The notes: generated from the sequence alone by a model not told the origin. Positions 12,600 to 26,245 are shown, numbered from the stretch's first letter. The stretch is DNA of 64,000 nucleotides from Octopus vulgaris (GCA_951406725.2 OX597815.1:119536001-119600000); one strand, 5' to 3'. Program-made: numbers and translations.

Positions 12600-13425
12600 T
12601 GTGGCATGAGCTGTGACAACCGAGGGCATGCATAGGCTTGAAAGAAATTAAGCCAGTATGTTTCGCTGGATGTGCAATGTCAGTATGCATGTTCGACAGA
12701 GTGTAAGCATCTTGAGAGAAGAGTTAGGCATAAGAGGCATCAGATGTGGAGTGCAAGAGAGACATCTGGTATGATCATGTGATGTGTATGGACGAGGAAG
12801 TGCTGATCTCTAACTGTGGAGGGAACCTATCGTAGAAGTAGACCCAGGAAGACAGAATGAAGTGGTGAAGCATGATCTTTGAACTTCGGTCCTCACAGAG
12901 GCAATGACTGTGACCAAGACCTTTGGCGATATGCTGTGCTTGAGAAGACCCGAAAGCCAAGTGAAATTGTAGTGATGGCTGATGTTACGTAACTGGCACC
13001 CATGCTAGTGGCATGTTAAGAGCACCTTTCGAGTGTTGGGCCTCACGGAAGCAAAGAGGCTGAGTTCCTTTTGAGTGTTGGGCCTCAAAGAGGCAAAGTG
13101 GCTGAGTTCCTTTCAAGCATTGGGTCTCATGGAGGCAATGGCTGAGACCTTTGGCATTATGTCATGCTTGAGAAGAAGACCCATCAAGCCGACCAAAATC
13201 GCAGTCGTGGCAGATACTGATGTCATGCAAATGGCACCTGTATTGGTGGCACATAAAAGCACCCATTACACTCTCAGAGTGGTTGGTGTTAGGAAGAGCA
13301 TCCAGCCATAGAAAACCATACCATATCAGACTGGAGTCTGGTGCAGCCTTTGAGTTTACCAGCCCTAGTCAAACCAGCCAACCCATGCCAGCATGGACAA
13401 CAGACATTAAATGATGGTGATGATG
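12600..13425 (+). mobile_element. 5'-truncated RTE-clade LINE (ORF C-terminus plus 3'UTR)
   Basis: Frameshifted translation AVTTEGMHRLERN..SMFRWMCNVSMHVRQSVSILREELGIRGIRCGVQER..HVMCMDE..RSRPRKT..VVKHDL, typical of the RTE C-terminus; ends gacattaaatgatggtgatgatg. Confidence 0.88.
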
Positions 13426-13942
13426 TGTCACCACTAGCGCTCTGCCTGTAGCCCTGAAAAGAAATAGCAAAAACTTCATACTGTGTTTGCAAGTGGGGAT
13501 TAACTCTGTCTTTCTGTTAATTATAAGTGTGGAGTGATTTATAATGCAATATTTCTCAATCAAACATAAATTACATCATTTTACACAATTATTGTCCAAG
13601 ATAAACTATGCAATGTCAGCAGCTCACCTCAATCTCTTTTGGCTTTGGAAGAGTTGTACTGGTCTTTTTTTTCCCAAACAATATTTCAAATTTTCATATG
13701 ATGGTGACTAAATTCTCAGTTAAGCTGTTGCAAAATTCAGTATTGTTATTCACTTCAGTTACAGCGACCTAATAGACAATACAGCTGCACACACACACAC
13801 ACACCAAGGGCTTGACTAATAATTCTGACAATTACAGCTGTCATCTCTTGGGTTTGTATTGTTTTGATAAGTATCCTACAGTTATGCAAGTAAATTGTTT
13901 TCTAACAGAAATTGTTGTGGAATAACTGGCTTTTAAATTTAA

Positions 13943-15049
13943 CTATATATATATATAAGTATAAGATATATATATAAAAAGGGTCAAAATTGTGTGCACA
14001 TTTTGCTACATCAGAGGTTGGTCGCCAGACCAGTAGTTGGATCGAGCTGAAAATTAACACAGGCATAGAAGGTATGATGAGGCAGAGAGTTGAGTAGGTT
14101 AAAACTCACCATCTGCAAAGATGCTGTTGCTATGGTGAGAAGAGTGATTTTTTATCGATTCAAGGGGGCTGTAAGCCCCTCCAGATTGGCGCGATTTTCA
14201 TCTAATCTAATCTATAAAATAAAGAAGGTGAATGTTGATACCAATTGGATTTTTATGTAAAAAAAAGGTCTAAATGGGGCTGGAAGGGGATTAAAATTTA
14301 CAGGAGGGGGTAACTTGAGGTGAGAAATTGATTGGGGGACGTTTTGGGGTGCTACAGTGGTGGCTTTGCTGTGAAAACAGAGATTTTATTGATTTTGGGG
14401 GACACTTGGGGGTCTAGATTGGACACCTTTTGCCCGATTTCAATCAAATTTTCAACATGGTAAAGTGGAAGTGGATTTGTAATTTAAGCGCGGAAAATGG
14501 GTTCAAAAGTTTGAAAATTAAGGCAAGATTTTTTAAGTTGAAAAAAAAATTTCATTTTTACGTATTTTTGCCTTTTATTTTTTATTGTTTACAGTTTTCA
14601 TTTTTTCTGAAAGAAATTTACAGCTGCATGTAGACCATATTTAGAGCTTTCATTTGCATGGTCAATCATCGAAAAATTCCCAAAATAAGTACTAAATTTA
14701 ACAAAGAAATCCTTTTTTTTTTCCTTATTTTTAATCACTCAAATAGTGGCATGTACAAAAGGCGAGTGTGATTTCCGTTGTCACTGCCTGATATTTATGA
14801 TTGATCTTTCAAAATATTTTCTTTCTCAACTTACTCAAGATCTTTTGTTTTTTATAAATGGGAGAGAGAGAGATAGATAAAGATAGAGTAAGAGAAAGCG
14901 AGGGATAGTCCGAGAGAAAGGAATAGTAAGAGAGTGGGAAAGTGAGAGAGAAAGGAGAGAGAAATAAAGAAGGAGAATGTGGCAATAACAAACAGAAAGT
15001 AACAACCACACCCTCACCCGTGCGTTGAGTGGGTCATGATAGATCGGTA
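13943..15049 (+). mobile_element. Putative non-autonomous Helitron-like element
   Basis: ctatatatata..aaaa-type start (second tctaatctataaaa at ~14206), internal ccgatttcaatcaaattt, degenerate GC hairpin acccgtgcgttgagtgggt ~12 nt before the end; canonical CTAG not intact. Confidence 0.4.
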
Positions 15050-16159
15050 TATATATACACACATATATACACATACATATATATGTATACACACACACAT
15101 CACAAAATCCCTTAAAATAATACAAATTAGAAAAGGCAACTGTCACTGTCTAAACACTGAGTCATGGCCCTTGAATAACCAGTGCATGAGTAACTGCACC
15201 ATGTATTAGATCACAGAAAAAATACAACAGTACTATCTTACATTGCTCAAATAGGAAACTCATTTAAGAGCTCAGTATATCAACAACAGCTCCCATAAAC
15301 ATCATCAAAAAGACATATCACGCTTGAAGCACAAATGGCAAAAGGAAGTGAGTCTCTTGCTATTGGATGGTCAAATATTAATTGAGCCACTGCATACATA
15401 ATAGTTCAAAACATTGCACTTAATGTTTCACTGAGAAATATCATAGTCACACAATAATGAAAAGAGTTAGTGTCAACCTGTGGATACAGTATGGAATTTT
15501 TACTCTAACATTTAGAAGCAATTGACAGAGCCTGAATAATGGCATGACATATCACTATCTAATCATTAATTACAACAAATACAACATAGTTTGCTGAAGA
15601 GCACTGTGTCAAGAACACAAGATAATCATGAGAAACCATGATACAGAAATAGCTACAGGCACACGGTACATGTGTGTATATACTTACATACACATTCACA
15701 CAAGTACATATATGTGCCCACATATTGTATGTGCATGAGTGCATTTGAGCAGGCAATGTAGCTTCAGCTGAGCATCATAGAAAAATAAGTTATAGCATTT
15801 GGTAACATCCCATTATGCTGACTTTACCATCCCATCTTACAAGGTTGATGAAATAAATACCAAAGTGATGGGGTTAATATAACCCATTAAAGTACTTCAA
15901 TATGGTACTCCAGACTCCAGCATGGCCTCAGCCCAATGAATGACGTTAGTAAAGAAAAAAAGGAAACTACATATATATATATATATATATATATAGATAG
16001 ATAGATAGATAGATAGAGAGTACAGAAAATATGAAAGTAGCTGAGTGCACACTCAATCTCCACTCTGATCACTTTACCAACAAATTTATTTTGACTTCCT
16101 TCTCTGCCCACCCACTATGAAAATAAAAGGATTGGAGAATGTAGGAAGGAAGGAAGAAA

Positions 16160-17113
16160 ACTGTGGAGAGTAAAAGAGAAATGGGTGTGTACATAGATGT
16201 AGGTAAATTCTCTGTATGTATCAATGAAGGAATGGTTGTATGTGTATACTAGGGAGATAGAGAGAGAGAGCATGTGAGTGGTTATGTGGGTGTGTGTAAA
16301 ATCCAATTGGTAGAGAATGTGCTTCTATGTCTGTATGTAGAATGAGTGTGTCTCTATATTTAATGAAATGAATATATGATGTTTCTGTGTGTGTGTGTGT
16401 GTAAAAGTGGAATATGAATGAATTTCTAAAGAGAAGCTCTGTGTATGAAAGTGAATACACACACAATATCTACAGATATGCATACACTTATACACATCAT
16501 ATAAATATACAACATGTGTGTGTGTGTGTATCTAAGAATCTTGAGTGTGTGAAGAGGGAATGCCTATGTGGAAGAGTGTCACTTATGTAGGAGTATGACA
16601 ACTGATATGGGAGTGTGAACTTGCATGCGAGTGTGTGTGTGTGTGTGTGTGTGTGTGCTAGCATAGGTGTATATGTAGGTAGGTGTGCGCGTGAGCTTGC
16701 AAATGTGGAGCGTGTGAGTCTGTGGCAATGGGGAAAGTGGGTATGGAATGGTAAGCTTTTGTGGGGTGCACAGTACTGTATGAATGTATGTATATACATT
16801 AATGCGTTTGTGTGTGTGTGTGTGGATGGATGCATGCATAGGTGTATGCTTGTAATCTAGAGTCTGCACAATATCAAAGTGTGGATGCCTGTAAGCGTAT
16901 ATGTAAGAAATGAATGATCCATGAATGTATGTGTGATTCAGTAAATATTTTTCCATTCTATAACCTCTCTCTACATATATAACTATGTACATTAAATGAA
17001 TATGACTGTGTAACATACACAGTAGGATGTGTATGTATCTACATACATATCTATCTCTATGCATATATATACACACACAAATTTTATATACACATTTATA
17101 CATAGACAGACAT

Positions 17114-17155
<42 letters not shown>

Positions 17156-17213
17156 CACACATTTATATCGTACACATACATTTCTACAAACACATATATT
17201 TGTGTGTAAATAT

Positions 17214-17258
<45 letters not shown>

Positions 17259-17310
17259 AACACAAAGAGAGAGAGAAACAGAGAGAGAGAAACAGAGAAA
17301 GAGATGGATT
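16160..17310. repeat. Degenerate (GT)n/(TA)n/(GA)n low-complexity region
   Basis: Successive dinucleotide-derived tracts; these explain several HTHT/YIYI/RERE ORFs. Confidence 0.85.
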
Positions 17311-17959
17311 TGAGTGAGAGTCATGAGGTAGGGGAGGGAATAAGGGTCCTAGGGTTTAGCATCAGATTTAATTTCCAGTAGTAGATGGAAAAGAGAAGAG
17401 AATCTCATGGAAGGTTTACATTGCCATGACAACCTGATAAAGCAAAGACTGTTGGGCAGAGACCTGACAAAATTGCAAAGAGAAATCAATACATGGCCAA
17501 GCCTCCTGCAGTTAGTAGACAGCAGTGTAGTCTCTCTCTTCTTCATGTACATAGTGCTACTGCTGCTTTCCTCTCTCTATTTTCTCTCAATCTTTCTCTC
17601 CCTCTCTCTCTCTCTCGGTGTTTCTCTTAGATTCTAGTCTACCATCCTCTCTCTAAAAGTTTTACTCACTGATCAGAATCAACATCCCCACCCCACTATC
17701 CTTGGTCAAGCTTGTTTCTCTTCCTCTTCTTCCTATTTTATTGTGTAATTTTTCACCAATGCTCTTTGCTGACCTCAGTCCAGAATATTTTGATCTTTAT
17801 TTTTATATACTTCATTTTCATTTTATTTTTGCTTTTATTCCTAATTCTCAAACTATCGACCACCTCTTCTCTCTCTCTCTCCCCACAATTATCAATCCTA
17901 CCTGTTCCCAAACCCTTTTACTTGCTTTCCTCTCCTATATTGGCAGTACCCCATTGCTT

Positions 17960-17981
17960 TTGCCATCACTGCCACCGCCAT

Positions 17982-18013
<32 letters not shown>

Positions 18014-18410
18014 CTACTATCTCTGTTCAAGCAATGGTGCTGCGCAGTAAGAGCCAACAAACCAGCCGGACTAAAACCAATCAATAAACCACTGTTTCTC
18101 TCTCTTTCTCTGGTGGCCACTCTGCAGTCTACTCCCACTGCAGCCCTCACCACCATGACCATCAGGTCAACCATTTCCAGCATCTTCACAGCCAACACCA
18201 TCACCACCCAACACCACCGCCAATAATAATAATAACAATAATATCTCCATATCCACCCACTTTGTAATTACCATCTTCACATCCAGTGCCCACATTAATA
18301 CCACCACCACCACCACCACCACCACGACACAACAACAACAACAACACTAACATCAACAACATTTCCAATCCTATAACATCACTATCACTGCCATCACCAT
18401 CTTTGCACTG
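17960..18410. repeat. (CAC/CAT/CAA)n trinucleotide low-complexity region
   Basis: Direct inspection; source of the poly-H, poly-P and poly-G ORFs. Confidence 0.8.
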
Positions 18411-18829
18411 ACCGACTAGAATTGCCCCAGCCATCATAAGACACCTCTGTCATATCCTATTACTGACGTTAGCCCCTGTTGTTCCTTATCCTGAGGCTGG
18501 TTGACTTGACCATAGTGATATAGCAAATGGAGATCTCAACAGCTCCCACCCAATACCCCAACCCCATAAAATCAGAGAGGATAGGAGGAAGAAGAAAGCA
18601 GCTGAAACATTCACCATCACAGGACAAGCTATTAGCATGAATCAACATCAGAGACATTCGTCTTTAATGGCTGAGAAATAAGAGTTCAATCTAACTCTGT
18701 TCAATGAATGCTGTGTAGAATTCTTAATGAATTTGTTTTACAAAGACCTCAGCTGACTATTATGATCAAGAGTACTTTATAAACCCTAAATCTGTGGTTT
18801 CTAATCAGGTTACTATGAGATTTTACATG

Positions 18830-19043
18830 TAACCCTTTTGATACCAACCCACCCACCCAAGAATGCTTCTGGCTCTATGGTACAACCTTCTTGTTTTTAA
18901 GAGGCCTAAATTGAAAATTTCATATTAATTTATGTTACAAACATCAGCTTAATAACAGTGAAGTTATTTAGTATAGTTTTCATTTCCAAAATTAATTAAA
19001 AAAAGATGGTATTTCGACAGAAATATGGTAACAAAATGATTCA
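18830..19043 (+). mobile_element. MITE family 1 copy
   Basis: taacccttttgataccaacc...gaaatatggtaacaaaatg. Confidence 0.75.
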
Positions 19044-21334
19044 ATAAAACAATTGACAAATGAGGCCATCCAAGATCCATGTTCCAACAAGGGTGCTGTG
19101 AACCTTAAACTTAGAAAGAAAGAATGATGAACTTGCAGAAACATTGCATTAAATCAACCATATTGCTTGTTTGTCTAAATAAAAGATTTTTTCTTTCTTA
19201 TAAGATGCAATTTATATATGAATGGGGACTCCTCACCTTCAAAGTATATAACATGTATGAAAATATATATTAACAGGAGGTCAATCAAATTTGTTGCTTT
19301 GTAAAAATGTAAAGGCTAAAAATCATATGCAAAATAACTGTAAAGTCCAGAAAAAATATAGTATTTTCTGTTTTGTTTTTCATTAAGTTAAAGCTATTAA
19401 AAAAATCCTAATTTCAAGATTTCAGAATGCAATCACTCATTCATGCACAAACACACACCCACACAAAATCTTACAAGCTTTAACTAAGGTATTAGTTTCT
19501 AAATAAATGTAAAAAAGAAAATAAATACATATTCTCAAGCTCTCTATCCATGTACAAATAGAATAATTTTAAAAAGTACCTCTCTATGTTATATATTAAT
19601 GGACTAATAATTGTATCTTGAGATTAATATTACAACATTAAAATAAATACTTACCTGATCAAACTGGCCAAAAATTACTTTAATTTTATTTCTTCATAGA
19701 TTAGACAATGTTATTTGTTTAAACTGGTTATAACCAATCTTTCTGACATTAACTTCAGTAACTAGAAACCTTTCACAAAATCATTCAAGAAGCTACATTT
19801 TTCTTAGTTGCATATTTTTCTCAATTTATCTAACATCATTCATATTATGAATATCAAATAATTAAATGCCATAAAGATTGTTGAGTTTAAGATCATGCTT
19901 TTTCTCTTCCCTATTTAAATCTATGCCTTACAGATGATATATATTTGGGCTGACTAATAAAACTTTTTGAACTGATGGACTCATTATTGTACTGCCTCTT
20001 CTAATTGCAATCATTTCAACTCTGAACAAAATATATTTTGTATAATTAAGAAGCTGAATAGCACTCAATAATCAATGTTTTCTCTCCATTAAAAATGCCT
20101 ACATTACCATGCACATTTTAACCACATGATTATTAATCTATCACTTGAACTATATATCTAATCAGAAGATAACTACACAGGGAAAGATATGAGGTTATGG
20201 CAATTCATAACATTCCAAGCTTCATGCATATAAATGAACACTGAGGGAGGGGAAAAAGGGGGTAGGAGTGTGAAGGATTAGGTAAGGTCTACATTAATCT
20301 GTTAAAGGTTAAAAGATGCTTGAAAAAAATTAACAAAAAAAAAATAATAAACAGCTAGTGATAGGGGAAATAACTCCCAATAAATAATTGAAATTTTTCA
20401 ATAGTCAACTAATGGGGTAGAGATTCTTAGAGTAGACTAGCATAGCCATAATGATACAGGTCTCACTAATTGTATAGAAGTTAATTAAGGAAACTTTTCT
20501 TTCAAGGCTGCTAGAAAAGCAAACCATATGATGATATTCAGATTTTCAATAAAGTTTGATAAACAGATATTATTTGGGAATGACAGCAGAAGAGAAATGA
20601 ATAATAATAAAAAGAAAATCCACTGCTCAATTTAAGAAACTGACCAGTGTACATGCTTAATGACTTACATAATGAATGCTTTAAAACCAATAGGCAATAA
20701 TATTTTCTCATTCTATATTAGTCAATTGTAACTAAAATATCAGTTCCTATCATATCTAACCAATTAACTAACTATAATTGAAGATGATATTTAGAAAAGT
20801 GATTAGCATATGTGAATAAACTCATCAACCTGCTTGTTGCAGATGATTAAAAGTAAATTCTTTCATCATGAAGAATGACATTTTAAGTAAAACTGATTAT
20901 ATAACTTAGTTGAAAATTATTTTTGTTTTAACACCCCTGTCTTGTTTATTTCTCCATAGATAATGTATTGAGAACTACATTCTTCAATGTAGTTGTTTTT
21001 CTTAAATGTGACAGGATGATATTTGAAGGACTATTGTCTGCTATTTCCAGCATGCTACGCCAACATTTAGAAACTCCTTCTATAGTCTACTATCAAAATA
21101 GTAGATCATAGACACATCACTTCAGAAATAAATAAAAATTCATATAAATCAACAAATATCATCTATTTATTGTTTCTATATCAGGACCTATTTAAAACAG
21201 AAAATGCATAAATTTTGTGTTCTTACACATCAATATAGGAATTATACAACAAAATAAAATAATTCTACAGCAATCAAGCTTTCACTAACCATATATATCT
21301 GTTGTTTCCTTAGTTTTCTAAGTAGACAAACAGT

Positions 21335-21928
21335 TTAAACCTTTTGTTACCATATTTCTGTTGAAATACTCTACTTTTATTACCTCCGCCTTAGTGAAGG
21401 CGGAGGTATTGTTTTTGGTTGTGTTTGTCCATGGACAAGATATCTCAAGAACTGCTGAATGGATTCAGATGAAACTTTCAGGGATGTTTGGCCTCATGAT
21501 TGGCATGAACTGATTAGATTTGGGGATTGATCTGGTACTGGTCAAGGATTCTGAATTATTTTTCTGTTTTTTTTTTTTTAATTCTTTTTTTTCACTTAAT
21601 TTTTGAGACCAGCTGGGTTCATTTTTAGTATTCTTGTTTGTAAGAGCAGTCAAGTTTATTTCAGATATTCTCATTTTAAAAATCATCTCAGGCTAATCAT
21701 TGAGAGGACGTTGGTGTTGCCTTGGTGGAGGTTTGTGCTCTCTGAGTGCTCTGGTTTCAATTAATTTTGAAAATAATGAAGGATTTAGTAAAATAACTGT
21801 CATTATTAAGCTGGTATTTGGAACATAAATCAACATGAAATCTTGATAGTTTTATAATCTTTTAAAATAGGAAGTTTGTGTCATAGAACCAGGGTTGATT
21901 TTGGGCAGGTGGGTAACAGAAGGGTTAA
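21335..21928 (-). mobile_element. MITE family 1 copy, split by a nested insertion
   Basis: ttaaaccttttgttacc...ggtaacagaagggttaa with TTAA at both ends. Confidence 0.8.
21378..21756 (+). mobile_element. Non-autonomous Helentron-type (HINE/DINE-1-like) element
   Basis: 5' palindrome acctccgcctt-agtg-aaggcggaggt (21382-21407), 3' subterminal repeat ccttggtggaggt, small 3' stem-loop gtgctctctgagtgc, T-rich insertion site without TSD. Confidence 0.8.
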
Positions 21929-22254
21929 GTACCATATGAAATGCAACTATCCCTGACTGTTATTCTGTGACATATGCATAGAAACTTAGGATGAAATTAT
22001 GCAAGATAGTACCAGACTATTTATTCCAAAGATTTGCTATCAAAATTTTGAACTTCATGTTTGAATGGTAAAAATTATGACTTGGACAAAACATGCACTG
22101 AAAAAAAAAGGCTGGAACTTAATATGGTAATGAATCTCTGCTGTTCAATTTGGAAGATTCAGTTGTTTGATCATGATTATTTCACATGTACCCTTAATTC
22201 TCAGCATGAGCCTGACACAGTGTGTGACAAGGGTGTATCTTTTTAATTATAAAT

Positions 22255-22430
22255 ACAATCCACCCGATGGGCTTCCATGCAGTTTCTCTCAACTTAATCT
22301 CACTGACAAGCCGTATGTCAAACTAAGGCTATGGAAAATGACATTTCTCCAAGATACTACATAGTGGTACCGAAACCTGAACCTTGTTGGTAAGTGAACT
22401 CCTTAACCATTTGGCCAAGTTGCACCTATG
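22255..22430 (-). mobile_element. Degenerate family A SINE head
   Basis: gatgggcttccatgcagtttc...ccttaaccat. Confidence 0.6.
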
Positions 22431-22579
22431 AAATCTAATACATGCTAAAACAATGAAAGGTTAAAGCAGCTTCTGGCAGCAGAAACATGAGAGGACCAAA
22501 CTGGAGCAGTAGTCTCTTGTGTAGGTGTATGCACATGCATGGTCAAGACTTCAAACTTTGAAGATGTGTCTTAAATCAA

Positions 22580-23145
22580 CATCATAGTTTTAACATCCAC
22601 TTTCCTATGCTTGCATGGATCGGACAGAATTTGTTGAGGCAGATTTTCTATGGTCGAATGCCCTGCCTATCACCAACCCTCACCTGTTTCTAAGCAACAT
22701 AATATTTCCTCGGGGCCAGACATGCTTTTCACACAAGATTGGAAACAAAGGACAATACATTAAGACAGTGGCATTCTTTACTGCAATAATGTAAAATGAA
22801 GATAGAGACACAAACACATGATGAGCTTCTTTCAGTTTCCATTTACCAAATCCACTCAGGCTTTGGTTGGCCCAGGTCTATAAGAGAAGGCACTTGTCTA
22901 AAGTGCCACACAATCAAAATTATATATTTCTTTTCTACTCTAAGCACAAAGCCCCAAATTTTTACATTTACCATAATGTCCAGTCGATTAGATTGACTCC
23001 AGTATGTAACCGGTACTAAATTTAGTGACCAAAAGGATGAATGGCAAAGTTGACCTTGGTGGAATTTGAACTCAGAACGCAGAGACAGACAAAATACCGC
23101 TAAGCATTTCGCTCGGTGTGCTAACATTTCTGCCAGCTTGCCACT
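22580..23145 (-). mobile_element. Cluster: RTE-tailed SINE with a family B SINE at 22930-23145
   Basis: tttaacatccactttcctatgcttgcatgg...ccctcacctg; cttctttcagtttccatttaccaaatccactc; gaatttgaactcagaacg...tctgccagcttgcc. Confidence 0.8.
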
Positions 23146-23844
23146 TTCAAAATTATATATTTCATTATATCCAATGTCCATAAAGTCAATGGTTGAGAGA
23201 AGGAGAGAGACAGGAAGAGAATTAGACAAAAGTTTGAAAAAACCTGGTTTAAAAAAAAAAAAAAAATCGAAAGTAAAAAAAAAAAATTGCCTAACAAAAC
23301 TATTAAAGTCTTTACTTGTTGCAGCACACCCAACAAACACACACATCAACTTTTGTTTATATTTCCCATCAGATTCTTGCTAACTCAGACCATTATTAAC
23401 CTACAAAATTCCAATGAGCATCCTTTTAAAATAACTGACAGTTTAAATATTTCTATTTCTTTTATAGAGAACTGTATGGATAAAATGAAAATTAGAGAAA
23501 AATAGTGTTGTGTATAGAAGACCGATTGATACAGTGTAACCAGGCATGTGTTCAGATGACAAACTGGTAACATGAATTGTAGACAGAAGATTACAAGCAG
23601 ACATTTTGGTGATTGGTGCAAGGATGGAATAAAACATTATGTAAACATTACATGACAGATGGTTATATTCTCTGAAGCTTTGTGACTTATACTACTCGCT
23701 GACAGCATCTCAGAATATTTTTGGACTTCCCACCTCCCACCTATTTTAAAGCCATTTATTAGCTTTGAATTATAAAGCCTACAGCTTGAAACAACTACAT
23801 CTTTCTATATGCCCGTGAAGACATACATGCCTTAGTTTTTTTCC

Positions 23845-24188
23845 ATTAACTGGTTTCAGCCATTGGACTCCAGCCATGATGGGTCAATGCCTTGAAAGGT
23901 TTAGTTGAACAAACAGACCCCAGTACTTATCTTTAAGTCTAGTGCTTATTCTGTCAGCCTCTTTGGCTGAACTACTACATTATGGTAAATGTAAACAAAC
24001 GCCAGTTGTCAAGTGGATGGTGGGGGACAAACACAAACACACACGTGTATATATGGCGGTCCATATAGTTTCTGTTCACTGAATTCATTCACAAGGCTAT
24101 CATAGAAGGCCCAAGGTACTGTGCAGTGAGACTGAACCCGAAATAAGGTTGCAAAGTGAGCTTCTTTACAACCACACAGCCACACCTG
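23845..24188 (-). mobile_element. Family A SINE (degenerate)
   Basis: gtttcagccattggactccagccatg...caaccacacagccacacctg. Confidence 0.8.
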
Positions 24189-24294
24189 ATCTGTAAGTGT
24201 TTATTTTGATAAATATAACAATAAAAATACATGGCTACCACAAGAACAATTTTTTTATATGGTTTCTGTCACTGTATACAAAATGAATGAATTT

Positions 24295-24510
24295 TCTTTT
24301 CTTTTTTTTGCTTTTATTTGTTTCAGTCATTTGACTGTGGCCATGTTGGAGCACCACCTTTAGTTGAGCAAATAGATCCCAAAATCTTATTCTTTGTAAG
24401 CCTAGTGCTTATTCTATCAGTTTCTTTTGCCGAACTGTTAAGTTACAGACATGCAAACACACCAGCATCGGTTGTCAAGCGATGTTGGGGGGACAAACAC
24501 AGACATACAA

Positions 24511-24560
<50 letters not shown>

Positions 24561-24693
24561 GGCTCACAAGGCTTTGGTCGGCCCAAGACTAGTAAAAGAC
24601 ACTTGCCCTGTGTGGCACATTGCCACACAGTAGGACTGAACCCAGAACCATGTGGTTGGTAAGCAGGCTGCTTCACACAGACATTCTTGTGCC
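24295..24693 (-). mobile_element. Family A SINE, full length
   Basis: Reverse complement of the 8992 and 62991 elements, with internal (TA)n. Confidence 0.9.
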
Positions 24694-25224
24694 CATGTTT
24701 AAATTAGTAAATTTTCCAAAGAGTATTCCAATCAAAACAAATAATTTCTTTAACACAATAAAACTGATTACTCACAGTGAAAAGTTTAAATTATTTCTAA
24801 CAGTTTTAATCAAGAATGAGGGTTTGGTCCCAAACAGTTTTTTAATGAAATTTCTATCTAGACAACAAATGTAGATTGGGCTTTAAAGAGACCTCTAAAG
24901 TTTAAAATATTTAAGCTTCAAAGTGTCTTCCTTTCCTTTTAGGCACACAAGGAAGTAGGGACTTTGGAACAGCAATCATGTAGGGCTCATAACACAGCGG
25001 CCTGTAGATTGAAACTATGTTCTACTAAATAGTTAACCAGTGTTGGCTTGCTTATGTTCTCGTAACTTATCAGTTTGGCAAAAAAAATAAGTGGGGTGGG
25101 GGTGGGGGAAATAAGTGCCAGGCTTTGAGAATAGGAAAATAAGCACTGAAGTTGATCTGTTCGGTTAAACTCATGCCTAATCATAGTTGCAGTCCAATGA
25201 CTGAAACACGCAAAAGACAGTAAT

Positions 25225-25650
25225 TGTTTCTTGATTTAGGCACAAGGCCAGCAATTTTGAGGAGAGAGTGTTAGCTGATATCATCAACCCTAGTAAATGA
25301 CTGGTACTTTATTTTTATCAATCCCAAAGGGATGAAAGCTAAAAGTAACTTTGGCAAAATTTCAACTCAGAATGCAAAGTGCCAGATCAAATACCATAAG
25401 GCATCTTGTCCTACACTCTAAAGATTCCTATGATAGTAACTTTCTAATTCCAGCACAAGGCCAGCATTTTCAAGTGGGGAGGTAAGTCAATGCCATCAGC
25501 CTCAGTATTAGGACTGGTGCTTTAACCCAATAGTCTCTGAAAATATGACAAGTCAACCTCAGTGGTATTTGTACACAGAGAAAAAGGAAATGAAAGAACT
25601 GCTGCCAAGCATTTTGTTTCATGTGCTCATGATACTGCCAGGTTGCTGAC
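25225..25650 (-). mobile_element. Two tandem family B SINEs
   Basis: ggcacaaggccagc...ctggtacttt...ggatgaaag...aactcagaatg, repeated. Confidence 0.75.
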
Positions 25651-25652
25651 AA

Positions 25653-25690
<38 letters not shown>

Positions 25691-25692
<2 letters not shown>

Positions 25693-26245
25693 GCCCTGAT
25701 GCACTACCAGGCAGTGGCTCTCATGGCTTCTGATCTTAACTGATTGGAAGTGTTATCATGTACATTGTTTTATCTTGGTATAAAAGATGGGCTACAATAA
25801 ATAATCTGCTCAATACCACAGATTTGCTTGTCAGTTGTTTGACCATAACCAGTTGAGCATGTCCCTTGGTGGCTGACGATATATGCATCTTTGATCACGG
25901 GCAGAAGTAGTTGGGGAGCATCATAGCCATGTGTCGAAAGGAATTCTTTGGGGTTTGGATAATTCACCTCTAGAAACATGGGTGTTTTGTTCAACATCCT
26001 TAAACAACCCTTATTCAGGGACCTTTTGAGCAGGGTGAGCTACTCAACCTGAAGAAATTTTAACTGGGCCCCACTCGCAAGGTCATGTGCTGTTTATCTT
26101 GTTATGAGATCACTATGTTGTGCACATATGGTTGTGATGCATGTGCCTGATGTACTCTTATCAGACGGATAGTCAGGATGGGTATACTGGGCTTCGTATA
26201 TTTTACCCTAATGTCACTCTGATGACATGCACTGCTCTCTCACTC
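25691..26245. mobile_element. 555-bp insertion within a (TAA)n microsatellite, class unknown
   Basis: Complex sequence with sharp boundaries and (TAA)n on both sides (25653-25690, 26246-26269); no recognisable ORF. Confidence 0.55.

Noticed and set aside
17702-18437. Pro/Ser/His/Gly-rich ORFs resembling transcription-factor low-complexity regions
   Set aside because: Trinucleotide repeats open in several frames and on both strands; no domain or convincing splice boundaries
19648-19660. U1 snRNA 5' end (atacttacctg)
   Set aside because: The match stops after 11 nt; better explained as a minus-strand donor motif
22843-23383. 168-aa and 105-aa ORFs
   Set aside because: They run through SINE sequence and poly-A tracts
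26215-26245. Hammerhead ribozyme core (ctgatga)
   Set aside because: No downstream GAAA or supporting stems
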